Made by a program: the position numbers and the translations under genes
The notes under the pieces: generated by a model
The model's input: only the letters and a program-made list of their open reading frames with translations
What the model was told of the DNA's origin: nothing
The model's database searches: none
Part shown: one piece after another, positions 25,746-39,269 of the stretch
Layout: each line of letters opens with the position of its first letter
Numbering within the stretch: the first letter of the stretch is position 1
Assembly (NCBI GenBank): GCA_030264375.1
Contig: JASCQW010000081.1
Coordinates: forward strand, 92,243,768-92,307,767
Direction: 5' to 3'
Length of the DNA stretch: 64,000 nucleotides
Origin: Carcharhinus longimanus
Taxonomy: Eukaryota

Positions 25746-26587
25746 ACCTTTGGAATTTTCATTACCTTGCTTGTTGTAGAACTGATTTTTTATGGAAGAG
25801 GCCTCCTGACACATCTTTTCGTCTTGGAATCACCAGAATAGTTGCCAGATCGCCAAATTTCGATGGCACAATAATTCTGCATGAAAAAGTATGTTTGATA
25901 ATTGTCAAGTTGGCACTGCTTGATCAAAGAGTTACCTGGGGGAAAGCATCAGGGAGATGTGTGCCTATTAATGCGTCTGGATCAAAATGGGCTCAAGTCC
26001 TGCTGAGATCAGTTCCCTGCATAGGATGACATTTAGTTTCTAGCATTTATAAATGTGCCCCAGAACAAGCTCAATTGTGTATCGTGAATTGAACATTAGT
26101 GCAATTTTTAGCACAGTCGTGATCGTTGACTAAGCAGTGCCAAAACGGCGATATATGGTTTGATCTTGCAAGTGCTGCCTTGTTGATTATGGTCAGTTTT
26201 CAGCCTATTGCGAACAACCAAAGGGAGATGCTGTTTGAGATTATCGATCTGTGGTTGGGCCAAGTGAGCCAACTGCCTGGCATCGCGCCAGCACTGAGGT
26301 TCACATACCACATTATTATATTTTCATACACCAGTCTATTTGAAAATGTATTTTATGTCTCAATAGCACATTTGCAATTGTTTTCCATCATCTCATCCTG
26401 GCGTTTAACTTAAATGTGCTTCGCCTAGAAAGGAAAGGTAGTTAACGCCGTGGCATAGTTCAAGAGTTTGCCTAGTAAACAGAAGATTCTTAGTTCAAAT
26501 CTCAGCGGTGTCTGGGTAAATTTGGCCAATGTATGAACTTTAAGTCAAGACCACCTAAAAAGAGTTGGAAACAATATAATCTTAAGA

Positions 26588-26892
26588 CAGCATGTGGCAC
26601 AGTTGTTAGCGCTGCTGCTGCTTCTGAGCGCCACGGACCCGTGTTTGATTCCCGACTTAGGTCATTATCTGTGCGGAGTCTGCACGTTCTCCCCATGTCT
26701 TCGTGGTTTTCCTTTGGGTGCTGCGGTTTCCTCCCAAAATTCGACAGTTGAGCTGGTTAGGTGGAATGGCCATGCAAAATTCTCCCTCAGCACCCGAACA
26801 GGCGCCGATGTGAGGCGACTAGGGGATTTTAACAGTAACTTCATTGGAATGTTAATGGAAGCCTACATGTGACATCACTGAATAAACTGAAT
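26588..26892 (+). mobile_element. SINE, HE1-like head with alternative tail
   Basis: gtggcacagttgttagcgctgctgc...ggcgactaggggattttaacagtaacttcattgg...cctacatgtgaca. Confidence 0.8.
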
Positions 26893-27623
26893 AATGTTTT
26901 ATTTTTAGACTCCACCAAAACCCTTCAGTGCGTATACGTTTATATTCACCCCTTGAACATCCCTGCATAATGAAGAACTGATAATTATTTAGGTATTTCT
27001 ACTTAACTGAACTCCAATATTCTGGACAATTCATAGGAAGCTTTTCTCTACCACGTTTGAGGCATTAAGAATCTTCTTAAACAAAGGTGCCGAGAATACA
27101 GGACGACTTTCGTTGTTGGCTGGCCCAAGGATGTGAGGATGACATTTACTCGTGGTCGTCAGCTTCTGCCACTGACTTTCCTGGATTTGCAAATGCTTGG
27201 GCATATGGCACTTTGCGATAGTGGGATCCGGAATGCAACANNNNNNNNNNNNNNNNNNNNNNNNNNNNNNNNNNNNNNNNNNNNNNNNNNNNNNNNNNNN
27301 NNNNNNNNNNNNNNNNNNNNNTATGATCCATCATGATTTACAAGTTGTCACCTTCTTGAACAATTGGCATCAACCTCCTCCCCAGCATTGATGTGAATAC
27401 TGCTGTGATTCAAGTGGAGCTTCACGGTGATTTTGAAATATTTTCTTTCCTTTCCTTGGACTGCACGGAACTGACGACGAGTACACGTTTTTGCAATGCC
27501 GAGAAATTGTCTAGTCGATCGCAATTAATGTTGCCGTCGTCTTGTCTGAATGTTTGTGGAGCTGGTTTCAGGATTGATAGAGTCAGCAGCATTTATTCAA
27601 CACTCCTCTGATTGGATCTAGAT

Positions 27624-27770
27624 ATGATGTCGAGGCGCTGGCGTTAGATTGGGGTAAACACAATAAGAAGTCTCACAACACCAGGTTTAAGTCCAACCAG
27701 TGTATTTGATAGTAATCCCACAAGCTTTCGGAAACGGTGTTCCTTCGTCACGTGTGTGGAAGGTTCCACA
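27624..27770 (-). mobile_element. Penelope-like element end with mutated hammerhead
   Basis: Same family as 5023 and 61794; minus strand reads CAC-GUGACGA-A-GGAA-caccgu-UUCC-GAAA-GC-UU-GUG (core C3 changed to G). Confidence 0.75.
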
Positions 27771-30700
27771 GTGGTAGTGGTGACGAAAAGTGTTTTTTAC
27801 ACTATGGTTTTCTGTTCCCTGGAGATCTTCGATGTCACATACTTGCTCCAATGTAGAACCTCCCAGTCTGATCGGTCCAAATACCAGATCAATATTATTT
27901 ACCAAATCACAAGAATAACAATCTTGGTCTCTAGGTTATCCCCCAATTCATGTTTAAGCGCTCTGCAATTTGATTTTTTCAATCATTAAGCTTTTACTTC
28001 ATCGCTTTTCTTTCTTGCAAATGTTCCTCTTTTTCATAGAATTCAATATTTTTCCAGTTCTTTCGAATTCATAGCATCTTTCCTTCAACCTGAGTTCCAC
28101 AGGCATGGTCTTCGCCAAAATATCGCACTTCTCCAAAAGATCCTTATCTCTCCTGACGATAGTCTTGATAATGGGCATTCACCAGCATTACCCATTAACG
28201 AACGTTCAATGCCAATTCTGTGCTTGTATAGTCGAATTTGGACAGCCAGTTACGTTGAGCATCAGAAACGCTGCAGCAAACCCGCGTCTACTATTCCTAT
28301 AGTCAGAGCTTTACTTTAGCACGAGGGTAACGTTTGTAGCTTTCCATTTGCCTCAGAAGAATAGTCAATTATAACAAGATTATGTTTCAACCATGATTTT
28401 TTTCAGCCACACCATTGAATGTGTTGGACTTGGATTATTTTGTATATTTAGTTTGGTCAACCTTGAAATCTGGAGGGTCAGTTTCACTGCCAGTTCTGCC
28501 CTGTCCTCATCTCAAAAAGAAAAATACAAAATACAAGCTTTGAACTGATGCAATACTTTCATTTTGCGCCAACAGCCCCAGGAAAGTTTATATTCAATGA
28601 AGAATCTGTTAGGCATACGATAATGCAAAAGTTCATAGAAAGCACGTTGATGGATGACGTTCAATTATGTATACAGGATATTACTTTTTCTTGCAAATAT
28701 TTAATTATAAAATTACCCAGGCCAGGTCTGCTCTCACTGTGTTTGTAGAGGCCGCCCACTTATTAAGCACTATAAGTTACGGCCGTGCTTCTTCACAGCA
28801 GCTAAACCAATTCCTATTATGCTGTGATCATTTTTCCCTAATATGAGAGCATATACAATTGACCTACCTGACGACCTAATCGACGGGAACGACATCAAAC
28901 AATTTCCCCTTACATGTTGAATATCTGAGCACATGATCAAGTGAATACTACGTAATACACGTTGAAACTTGTGAAAACTCTCCACTCATTACAGCACTGC
29001 AATAGCTCATTTTGAATATGCTTCACGTGACCTGCTCACAAAGTCCCCAATACCGTGAAAATATTAAAACTCGAATAAGCTCTCCCTTTCGTCAATTTCC
29101 TCCCATACTTACAATTGGCTGAAGAACTTTCCGCTGGTTCTTTAATAAAATAGTAATTGATTATAATCGATGAAATATCAACGTTTTAGTTATAGTAAAA
29201 TATCAATTAATGAGATATATAAATGGCGTGGCATATTTCTCTTTGATTGCGCCGCTATAGATTGCACAATTATATGTTTGCACAACGGTTAGTCCGTCTT
29301 TATAATAAGTGGATGGAAAGTCAAACAAGAACAAACATGGCAGAGGGGTACAGTGATGCTTAGATGTTGTATTCCCCTTTTTTAAAAATGCGGTGATGCG
29401 TTCGCTCCAAGATAATTATGTGCCTGAATTTGCTCACTCCAGCATTTTAGAGTCGATTCTATTGCAGAATGCTTAATTCCCGTTCCCTTGGAAGCAATGA
29501 CCTGGGCCGGCATTCTCTGGCAGATAGGAAGTGCCCATATAATGTTGCCCATCACGATTACTAGAAAGACATTTGCTTTAACTTGCACCCACATTTAAAT
29601 ATGCTGACTTTTTTCTTGTTTCGTGGGCGTCTTTTATTATTCATTGACATTTTCTGCTAACGAAGTTAAAATTTCCTCGTTAATCTCATGTGACTGTGCG
29701 TTTTCTGAAATTCTGCAGGCAATCTGGGCAGTATTATCTAAGTGGATTCTTCCGGCTCACAGTGCATTTTACTTGTATTCGAGTAGAGAGTTGTTTTTCT
29801 TGCCTGCAGTGAATATATTCATAAATCAATTGGCTCTTTGAATGACACGGATGCTCAAGAAAGTTGTTTTACTCCAAATAGGTCCAATGCTAATAATGCT
29901 GGGATATCTGTTTCTGGACAGGATTTGGGAACAAACCTGCCTCCACACTTGGCTAGCGACTCAAGTTATGAATTGCAATCGCCTCAAATTTTCTTTTAGT
30001 TTGTGTGGCTCACTGGTGTTTATTTAGGCCGGGGCGGTGTGCCCTCAAAGACATTGCTTCTCCGCTTTCTCATAGATCGTTTGCAGTGAATGGCTGAACT
30101 CCAATGTGTGAATCTGAAACTGTTGCTTCAAACAAGATCCAGAATATTTTTGGCAAATGGAGTAACTCCATCGCTTTATAAATATGCATCTCACACCTGC
30201 AATTACTTAATCGGCTCCGGCGTAATTTTATGATGTGATGGAAAGTAATTCAACAAAGTCATTTATTTTTACCCCTGCATTCGTATTTTTAATCACTGAG
30301 GCGTTCCTTTCCTCATCTTTTCATTAGCACTTTTTCTGGTCTGCCAAAAACCCCTGCGAATATCAGCATTTTGCACGGTTTCAACATTATTCATTGATTT
30401 GGCTGATGAGTCTTATCCTGCTTTGAGCATGCTGCTCATGAATTATCGCCTCCTTTCCTCATTGCTGTTTACTGTCACTTCTCATGATCTCATATTGTTT
30501 ATGTTGTTCAAGGACCTTTGTTTCCAAACACTCGTCCTAGCTATTCCTGGATTCTCCCCGAAAGCCAAGGCCTTTTAAACTTATTGATTTGGACCTTGTA
30601 AGAATATATCAAAGTGATTCTCTTTTAATCGTAACTGCATAGGGAATATGGCGGTCTAGTGAGATTTAATACCTCATATAAACCAATCTATGAAATGTAG

Positions 30701-31909
30701 ATTCCGAATACTGAAACATTCGTAAGGGACCGAAATGCTGAATCAGTCTAAGTGAAAATAAAAAGCAAGAATCGAAACCTCTTCAGGACTTCTGAAGTAG
30801 GGCATGATAAAAACCAGTAAATAATAACGGTTTGTGAGAAGATGTGACAGTAACTGAGTGATTTTAGCAAGCAGATTGATAAGATCAGTCAACTTGGCAA
30901 GGATAACCTTAAGGGAAGGTTCATAGAGTTTATGGCGGATTATTTCTTAGGGCAACATGCGATGGAGCCAACCAGAAAACTGGCTACTTTAGATTTGGTA
31001 TTACGTGACGCTGAAGGATTTATAAACAGTGTTGTTGTTATGTATCCTCTTGGAAGGAGTGAGCACAGCATGCTAGAGTTTCACATTTGGATTGCAGGAG
31101 TGAAGACAGAATCGGATAATAGGGCTTTAGTGTTTGGGAAAAGATAAACAGGCCTGAGGAAGGAGTTGGCTCTCATGGATTGGTCACACATATTAAAGCG
31201 CTGTGAAGTTCAAGAGCGGTGGAAAATGTTTATGGGAGACACTAACTACCTCCCAATTTAAGTATATTCCTGACAGGGAAAGGACATGAAAGAAGGGAAA
31301 AAATCATCCAGGGCTTAACAAGGAAGTCAAGGATAAAGTAAAGTTCCAAATGCGGGCCTAAAATANNNNNNNNNNNNNNNNNNNNNNNNNNNNNNNNNNN
31401 NNNNNNNNNNNNNNNNNNNNNNNNNNNNNNNNNNNNNNNNNNNNNNNNNNNNNNNNNNNNNNNNNCTTAACAAGGAAGTCAAGGATATAGTAAAGTTCCA
31501 AATGCGGGCCTAAAATACTACAAAAGTTAGTGGGACTTTGGACGATTGGGACAATATTGAACATCAGCAAATAATTACTAAAAACGAATCATAAAGATCC
31601 AGGATGAACTACGAAAGGAAACTACCAGAAGCCATAAGCATCAATTCCAGAAGTTTCTATAAGTATATACAAAGAAGAGAATAGTGAAAGTACATGTTAC
31701 CATTTAGAGGACGATACTGGCGAGATAATAACTGGAAACCCAGAAATAGTAGAGATACTAAACCAGTACTTTGTCTCTGTATTCACTCTGTATTCTGGGG
31801 CAGCGGTAATGCCACTGCACTGGTGATCCAGACAGGTTGCTCAGGGGAACGGGAGTTCAAGACCCGCCAAAGCAGTGGGTGGAGTTTAAATTCAATTAAT
31901 TGCTTTAGG

Positions 31910-32195
31910 CTAGTACGGTGGCACAATTGATTAGCACTGCTACCTCACCAGTCTCTGTTCACTGTGTGGAGTTTGCTCGATTTCTCGTTGTCTGTGTCGG
32001 TTTCCTCCGAGAGCTCCAATTTTCTCTCACAGTCGAAAGATGTGCATAATAGGTTGATTGACCATGCTAAATCGTCCATTATTTTCAGTGGGATTCAGCA
32101 CAGTAAATATGTGGGGTTATGGGGATAGGGTTGGGTAGAATTGTTGTTGATGTAGGGTCGATGGGGCAAGTGGCCTCCTTCTAAACTTGAGTAAT
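31910..32195 (+). mobile_element. HE1-type SINE nested in CR1
   Basis: acggtggcacaattgattagcactgctacctcac...tgtgtggagtttgc...gtggcctccttct. Confidence 0.8.
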
Positions 32196-33344
32196 ACTGT
32201 GAAGAAACAAGGGAAACAAAAATGGGAAAGTATAGGCCAGGTGGTTCGACTTCTGTGGTGGGGAAATTGCTACAGTCAAACATTAAAGAGGAGATAACTG
32301 AACAGCTAGAAAATCAAAGCTCAATTCATCGGTGTCAGCACGGCTTACTGAAGGGTAGCAGTGCTTGACAAACTTGCATAAGATCTTTGAAGATGGAATA
32401 AGAAATGTAGATTACGGGGATCCTGTGAATGTGGTATAACTAGGCTTTCATAAGTCATTTTACAAGGTGCCACATAAAAAAAACTGATCCAGGAGATTAG
32501 ACACCATGGAGTTTGAGGTAGGATATAGGGTTTGATATTGGATTGGCCGGCTGACAGAAAGCCGAGTGTTAGGAAAGTAGGTCGCTCTGGATGGCGAACT
32601 GTAACCAATGAGATGCTGCAGGATTGAGTTCTCTCGCTTGAGCAGTTTGCAAACTATACAAATGAGCTGCAAGTGGGGACAAAGTGTAACTTAGTAAAAG
32701 TGAGGAGTGGTACTAAAATAGGTGGGACAGAAGGCTGTGATGAGGACGAAAGGAGTTTACAGATGGACATGATAGGCTAGGAGAACGGGCCCGAATCTGG
32801 CAGATGAACTGTAATGTTGATAAGTGCGTGTTTATCCATTTTGGCAGGAAAAAAAATGAAAAGTCAAATTATTATTTAAACGAGAAGCAGATTGAAAGTG
32901 TGGCAGGGCCGAGGGATACGTGTGTCCATGTGTTTGATTCGCAGAATTTGGATATGCCGTTGCAGCATATAACAAGAAAGGCGAATGGGATCTTGACTTT
33001 TATTGCAAAAGGGCTGAATATTAAAAGTAAAGAAGTGCTGTTACAAACTTATAAAGTGTTGCGGAGACAGGATCTGGAGTATTGTGTCCGATTTTGATCT
33101 CCTTTATTGAGGACGGATGTGGTGGCATTGGAAACAGTTCAAGGAAGCTTCAGCAGATTGATTCCAGGGATGAAAGCGTTATAGTACGAAAAGTGATTGA
33201 ATAGGTTGGGCTAGTACTCGCTAGAGTTCAGAAGATGGGGGTGGGGGTGGGGGGGCTATCAGATTGAGGTATATAAGATGCTAAAGGCGATTGAAAGGCG
33301 GATGTTCAACAGATGTTTACCCTTGTGGGATAATTTAGAACAGG

Positions 33345-34212
33345 AAGCGTAGAGGAAAACACGCCCCTGTCAACATCAAAGGCGATACTACCGTTAAGAA
33401 AGCCCACCACCGATTTTACTTTCTCAGAAAACGAAGGAAATTTGGCATGTCAGCTACGATTCTCACCAACAGATGCACCATCGAAAATATTCTTTCTGGT
33501 TGCATCACAGCTTGGTGTGGATCCTGCTCTGTCCAAGACACCAGGAAACTAAAGGTCCCTGAATGTAGCCCAATTCATCACGCAAACCAGCCTCGTATCC
33601 ATTAACTATGTCTACCCTTCCCGCTGCTTCAGAAAAGCAGTCAACATAATTAAGAACTCCACGCACCGAGGGATATAGTCTTAAAAGTTAATTTGTTAGT
33701 CACAAGTAAGACTGACATTAACATTTCAATGAAGTTACTGTTAAATTCTCCCAGTTGCTACAATCCGACGCCTGTTCGAGTCAATTCACCTAACCAGCAC
33801 GTTTTTTGGACTATGGAAGGAAACCGACGCAGGCATAGGAGAATATGCAAACTCCACATAGGCAACGACTCAAGCCAGGAATCGAACCTGGGTCCCTGAC
33901 GTTATGAAGCAGCGGAGCTAACTACTGTGCTACCATGCCACCCCTTCTGCCTTCTGTGAGGGAAACGAAAGGTCATGTACCAGCTCACTCGAGCACAACT
34001 TCTTCCCCGCTGCTATCAGGTTTTTCAATGAGCCCACCTTGCACTAAGTTGATCTTTCTGTACACCCCAGCTGTGACTGTAACACTACATTTTGCACACC
34101 TTTCCTTCTCTATGAATGGTATGGTTTGCCTGTGTATCGTGCAAGAAACAATACTTCTCTCTGTATGCGAATGTATATGACAACAATAAATCGAATCAAA
34201 TCAAATTAAAAT
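33345..34212 (+). mobile_element. Rex/Babar-clade LINE 3' end nested in CR1, itself carrying an antisense SINE (about 33690-33940)
   Basis: KKAHHRFYFLRKRRKFGMSATILTN.RCTIENILSGCITAW matches the Rex1/Babar C-terminus; tail aataaatcgaatcaaatcaaa. Confidence 0.75.
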
Positions 34213-35041
34213 CAAAGTGGTTATAAATATAAGGTGAGAGGAGGTAAGTTCAAAACTGAGATGAGAAGACCCTAATTATCTCAGTGAATTGTAAATCTAT
34301 GGAACTCAGTATCCCAAAGTGCAGTGGAGGCAGAAGCATCAAGAAAGATTCAGATGACAAAACGGAATAAAGTCAGCAGTAGGAAAGTGGAGTTTCGGGG
34401 AGGATTCGAACAGCCGTGATCATGCTAAATGGTGGAGCAGACTCGAAATGCTGAATTGCCTGCTTCCGCCTCAAAATCAGCTTTTACTATGTTCCTGTAA
34501 TTCTGGAATATGAAGTAGACAAGATTCCTTTTTTTCTGTTAATGCAATCTCTCTTTCAAACACGATTGAAATAATGTACACAACTCTGTGAAAGACGTAT
34601 TAGAATTCACTCATTTGACATAGAAGAAGTGCAGGTTCTCCAGAGTCTTTTCATGGATCGAAAAGTTAGACAATGAGGACTGACTGCATTAAGTACTTTT
34701 GCAGGATAATAAACTTAAATTAATTTAAAATATTCTTGGAATATTAAATTTCACTAAGGTTTTTAGGGTAATTATTAAAAGTTGATCGGCTATATGGAGA
34801 GACGTTTTGCTGTTGCTGACAAAATCTAATGCGAAAGACATAAGTTTCTGAGTCAGATTTCCCTCCGTACAATTATTGGACGAGTTTAGAAATTAAGGCA
34901 CCAGTTTCTTTCTGTGCTCAGGCGTCTATCTAAATGACATTGGTGACAACTTTGCTGGTATATACTATTTGATATTACGTTTCTAAGGAAAATTACTTTC
35001 TCGTAATTACACATTGAAGATCTTTTGATGGCGTTTCTCAC

Positions 35042-35077
35042 CGCTCAGCTGTTGAAGTTTCTCGCATTTTTCGAGCT
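35042..35077 (-). CDS. Microexon, 36 nt, ELEKCEKLQQLS
   Basis: ctttttaacttttcag|AGCTCGAAAAATGCGAGAAACTTCAACAGCTGAGCG|gtgaga. Confidence 0.87.
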
Positions 35078-35449
35078 CTGAAAAGTTAAAAAGCAGACTT
35101 AAGTGTACGGTTCCAGAAATCTGGAATGGCCTTTCCATTTAGGCATAGCTTACTTTGTGCAGTTCTTGGGAGAGATTAGAAATGAATTCTGGTGCTCCAT
35201 TTGCAGCCCTGATTTTTTCTTGCATTTATGCCAAGTTGTGTAAAAATCACATGTTTTCGGTTTCTGCCATTAGGAAAGTCACGTGGCAAAGTCTACGTTA
35301 TAATCTTTTGATTTCGTATTACTTTGATGCGTTTTATGTGATTGCTGCACTCCATGTTCAAACACCCATACTGCTTAGGCGGCCCTATGTATTAAAACGG
35401 CTAAACATTGCATAAAGTAACTAGAATATTTTAAATTCCAGATTTTTAC

Positions 35450-35476
35450 CATGACTTGCATCTTGAAGTTGTGACT
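35450..35476 (-). CDS. Microexon, 27 nt, ESQLQDASH
   Basis: tttcatttctatttcatag|AGTCACAACTTCAAGATGCAAGTCATG|gtaaaa. Confidence 0.85.
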
Positions 35477-35916
35477 CTATGAAATAGAAATGAAAGTAAG
35501 ATATATAAAGAGGTAAGCGTAAACAGGTTGAATTTATATAACGATTTCAGTCTAATAAATCTTTCAATGGCACTTTTTAAACAATTATGAAACAAAATAC
35601 TACAGGCAGATGATACCGTAGTTTTTTTTTAAAAAAGTCCTTCCTGAAGGAATGGAAACAGCGAAATACAGGAGGGAAGGGACGCGAGAATGGCAGACGG
35701 ATGTATTTCAGAGGTCAGTGCCTTGGCAGGTGGACCATCGCCTGTGCTGTGCTTAAAATTCGGAAGGGTATAGGGATTGGAAATAGCCGAGCACAGTTAT
35801 GAGGACGGCTGCAGACTGGCGCAATTCACACAGATAAAGCGTAGAAACGCTTTGGAGGGTTCAATTAAGCGATCAATTAAATTAAGATTCTGAGATTTGC
35901 TTCAATCGAATGTGTT

Positions 35917-36170
35917 AAGAACATAAGAACATAAGAAATAGGAGCAGAAGTAGGCCATCTGGCCCTTCGAGCCTGCCCCGCCATTCAATAAGNNNNNNNN
36001 NNNNNNNNNNNNNNNNNNNNNNNNNNNNNNNNNNNNNNNNNNNNNNNNNNNNNNNNNNNNNNNNNNNNNNNNNNNNNNNNNNNNNNNNNNNNAATCTTGG
36101 TGTCATCAGCAAATTTCGACACCCTACACTCGGTTCCCTCCTCCAGATCATCTATATAAATGGTAAATGA
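35917..36170 (-). mobile_element. Young CR1-type LINE spanning a gap
   Basis: (taagaaca)n tail; IYIDDLEEGTECRVSKFADDTKI RT motif. Confidence 0.85.
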
Positions 36171-36204
36171 CTTCAAGTTTACACAAGGCAGAATTTCTTC
36201 TGGG

Positions 36205-36560
36205 GAGACAATGGCCAAGTGGTATTGTCGCTAGACTATTGATCAAGAAACTCTGCTAATATTCTGGATTCGAATCCTACCACACCAACCTGATGGAGCG
36301 TGAATTCAATGAAAAATGGCTTGAAATTAATAATCTGCACGTAAGCATGAACGTATGATGGACTGTCGGAAATATCCATCTGATTCACGAATGTCCTTTA
36401 CGGATGGTAATTGGCTGCCCTACCTGGTCTGGCCTACTCTGGAACTCAAAAGGACTACTCTGGAGCCACAGCAATGTGGTTGACTGCCCTTGGGCAACTC
36501 AGGATGCAATAAATGCTGGCCAGCCAGCGACGCCCATGTCCCACAAGTTAATAGAATAAA
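36205..36560 (+). mobile_element. Third SINE-like family (tail gcaataaatgctggccagccagcgacgccca)
   Basis: Head gtggtattgtcgctagacta...ggattcgaatcc; related pieces near 31800, 53330 and 61900. Confidence 0.55.
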
Positions 36561-36859
36561 ACAGGAGGCTGGCTTGCTTAATGGCGAGAGCGTCCCGTTT
36601 GAAAATAGGAAGGTCTCTTTCCAATGTTACCTCTTTTCTTCGCAAAATTTTAGTATGATGATAATTAGAGATGTGTGGAGCAAGCGAGCGAGCGAGAGAT
36701 ATATGGACCAGCCTGGAGTGCATTAGCATATTCCAATCTTGAGTTAATTAAATTATAATTCAAGTTTCAGCACCATGTAAACTAAGAAAGTAACAAAGCT
36801 GGGTGATATTATGAAGGTGGACCGAATGTATACGTAATATATGACGAAACATCATTGGT

Positions 36860-38800
36860 GAAGCAAGTTATTTAATTGCCCATTCTTAAGTGCTCATGAG
36901 AATGTACTTCTCATGGGCACTTAGGTCTACATTCTTGAGTTGCAGAAGCACATGTGGCGTAAGGTTAACCACAATACTGTTAGGGTGAGCGTACTGTGGT
37001 TTGAATCCACGACACTAAGAAACGGAACTATAGTTCCAAATGAGGACGGTGTGTGTATTGGAAGACGTCGCGGAAGTGCTGGTTTTTCCAAATATGTTCT
37101 AACCTGGCTCTTCTCCGTGGTAGAATTTGCTGGTTTGTAAAGTCTTCACGGATGAGACTTAGTGAGTTGCTGCAGTACATCTTGTACTTGGTACACCCAG
37201 TTGCAACTTTGCGGCGGTGATGGAGGGAATGGATATAGAAGCTGTTAAATGGGTTAATAGTGAAGCAGGTTGCCTTGTTCTGGATGGCATCGAGCTTACT
37301 GCATGTGTTGAAGCTGCACTCATCCGGGAAAATGCAGAGTTCTCTATCACAATCCATGCTTGTAACTTGGAGATGGATGACAGTCTTTAGGATGTCAGAA
37401 AATGAGTTAGTCTCATAAGAACATAAGAACATAAGAAATAGGAGCAGGAGTAGGCCATCTGGCCCTTCGAGCCTGCCCCGCCATTNNNNNNNNNNNNNNN
37501 NNNNNNNNNNNNNNNNNNNNNNNNNNNNNNNNNNNNNNNNNNNNNNNNNNNNNNNNNNNNNNNNNNNNNNNNNNNNNNNNNNNNNNNNNNNNNNNNNNNN
37601 NNNNNNNNNNNNNNNNNNNNNNNNNNNNNNNNNNNNNNNNNNNNNNNNNNNNNNNNNNNNNNNNNNNNNNNNNNNNNNNNNNNNNNNNNNNNNNNNNNNN
37701 NNNNNNNNNNNNNNNNNNNNNNNNNNNNNNNNNNNNNNNNNNNNNNNNNNNNNNNNNNNNNNNNNNNNATTCCAGAGATTCACCACCCTTTGAGTGAAGA
37801 AGTTCCTCCTCAACTCCGTTCTAAACCGCCCCCCCTTTATCTTGATGCTGTGCCCCCTAGTCCTACTGTCTTTTTTGAGCGGGAATGCTTAGCATTTGAT
37901 GTGCTCTTGTAGTCACAGCATTTATGTTGCTGGTCCAGTTCAGTTTCTGGTCGATGATAATGTCTGGATATTAAGCAATGTTCTTGACATTGAACGTGCA
38001 AGGGAGAAGGATGGGTTTTTTATGGAATGGCCATTGGCTCGCACTACTGTGGCGTATATGTTATATGCCAGTTATCAGCTGAAGACTGAAAGTTGCCCTT
38101 GTCTTGCTGTGTTTGGAAAAGGTCTGCTTCAGAATGAATGGAGTCGTGATTGCACAATAATCAGAATTCCTCGCGACTCCATTCATTCTGAAGCAGCCCT
38201 TTTCCAAACACAGCAAGACAAGGACAACGAAAAATCTTCATCTGCGTCATCAATGACTCTCCCTCCATCATAGGAAAACGATAGGGGTATTAGCCTATCG
38301 TTTTCCTATGGTGGAGGGAGAGTCATTGATGACGCAGATGAAGATTTTTCGCTCTGGAAATACCCTGAAGAATCGCAATCATGCTTCGCGATTGAAGTAA
38401 TTCACAGCTAATGGCAACAGCTACCCTGCTCTGTGGTGGGTATATGACTCCAATCACTGGTTTGTTTCTCCCATTAATTCCCATTGATTACTGTTTGTGG
38501 AGGACTTATTCCATCAAATCGGTAAGATGTTTGAATGATCAAATTGTCCAAGTGTCTTGGGCTTTGAATGGCCTAATTTAACGTTTAATAATTTCCAGGG
38601 AGAGGGATGGTGTCTGTAACTAGGGAATAGAATTTGGACCAGGGATAAAAATCAACGTTTCAGTACTTGCAGTGTTTAGTTGAATGAACGTTATGTCCCC
38701 GCAATTCTATGTATTGGATAGACCGGAAATCTGGCAAACGTAAAGCCGTTGGTAGAGGGGCTTTGGAGATAAATTGTGCACCCTGCTAAACGTTGATTGA
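36860..38800 (-). mobile_element. Decayed LINE (CR1/L2-like) containing a young CR1 end (37414-37885) and a palindrome
   Basis: Antisense KLDAIQNKATCF..I...SLHHRRKVA..C..YKMYC remnant; young insert tail identical to that at 35917. Confidence 0.65.
38228..38351. repeat. Near-perfect palindrome, 58-bp arms, 8-nt loop
   Basis: 38228-38285 is the reverse complement of 38294-38351 with one mismatch. Confidence 0.95.
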
Positions 38801-39269
38801 TCCTTGTAAACAGAAAAACGTTCAGTTCTGTTGATGACCATTGGGACGTGGGCAGTCACTGTCGATTATGATTAATATGGCAGCCGTGGCATTTCGGAAT
38901 GAAGCATTTGAGAATTCCTGTCCCTCTTGAGTTGAAAGCACTGTGCACCTTTAAGGTGAGCCTTTTCTTAAAAAAAATTTTGCGTTTTAAACTAGCTTTT
39001 AAGAATTCAAGTCTATTTGAAATGATTGTCACTCGTATATTAATAATATTACTTTTCACAAAAGTGGCACTAACGCCAGGATACAACAGAATGGCCATTT
39101 TGTTTTACTGTGTTACACAAGGTACAACCTGCTGTAAATCAATTAGATTTCTGAAACGGTTGACGTTTTGTTATAGTTTTTAGGTTGCTCTAAAACTACG
39201 AGATTTGTCGAAGTATTGACAGTGCTGGTGCAGAAAGAGATAAGCGTTTTTTGGTGCTTCATAGGCTTG

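Larger units (their letters stand above)
30830..34497 (+). mobile_element. Long decayed CR1 ORF2 copy with nested insertions
   Basis: Endonuclease remnant EPTRKLATLDLVL...PLGRSEHSMLEF, RT-end remnant WQMNCNVDKC..IHFGRK...LEYCVRF, tail ggagcagactcgaaatgctgaattgcct. Confidence 0.85.

Noticed and set aside
31314-31517. 52-bp direct repeat
   Set aside because: Flanks a 100-N gap on both sides; most likely an unmerged contig overlap.
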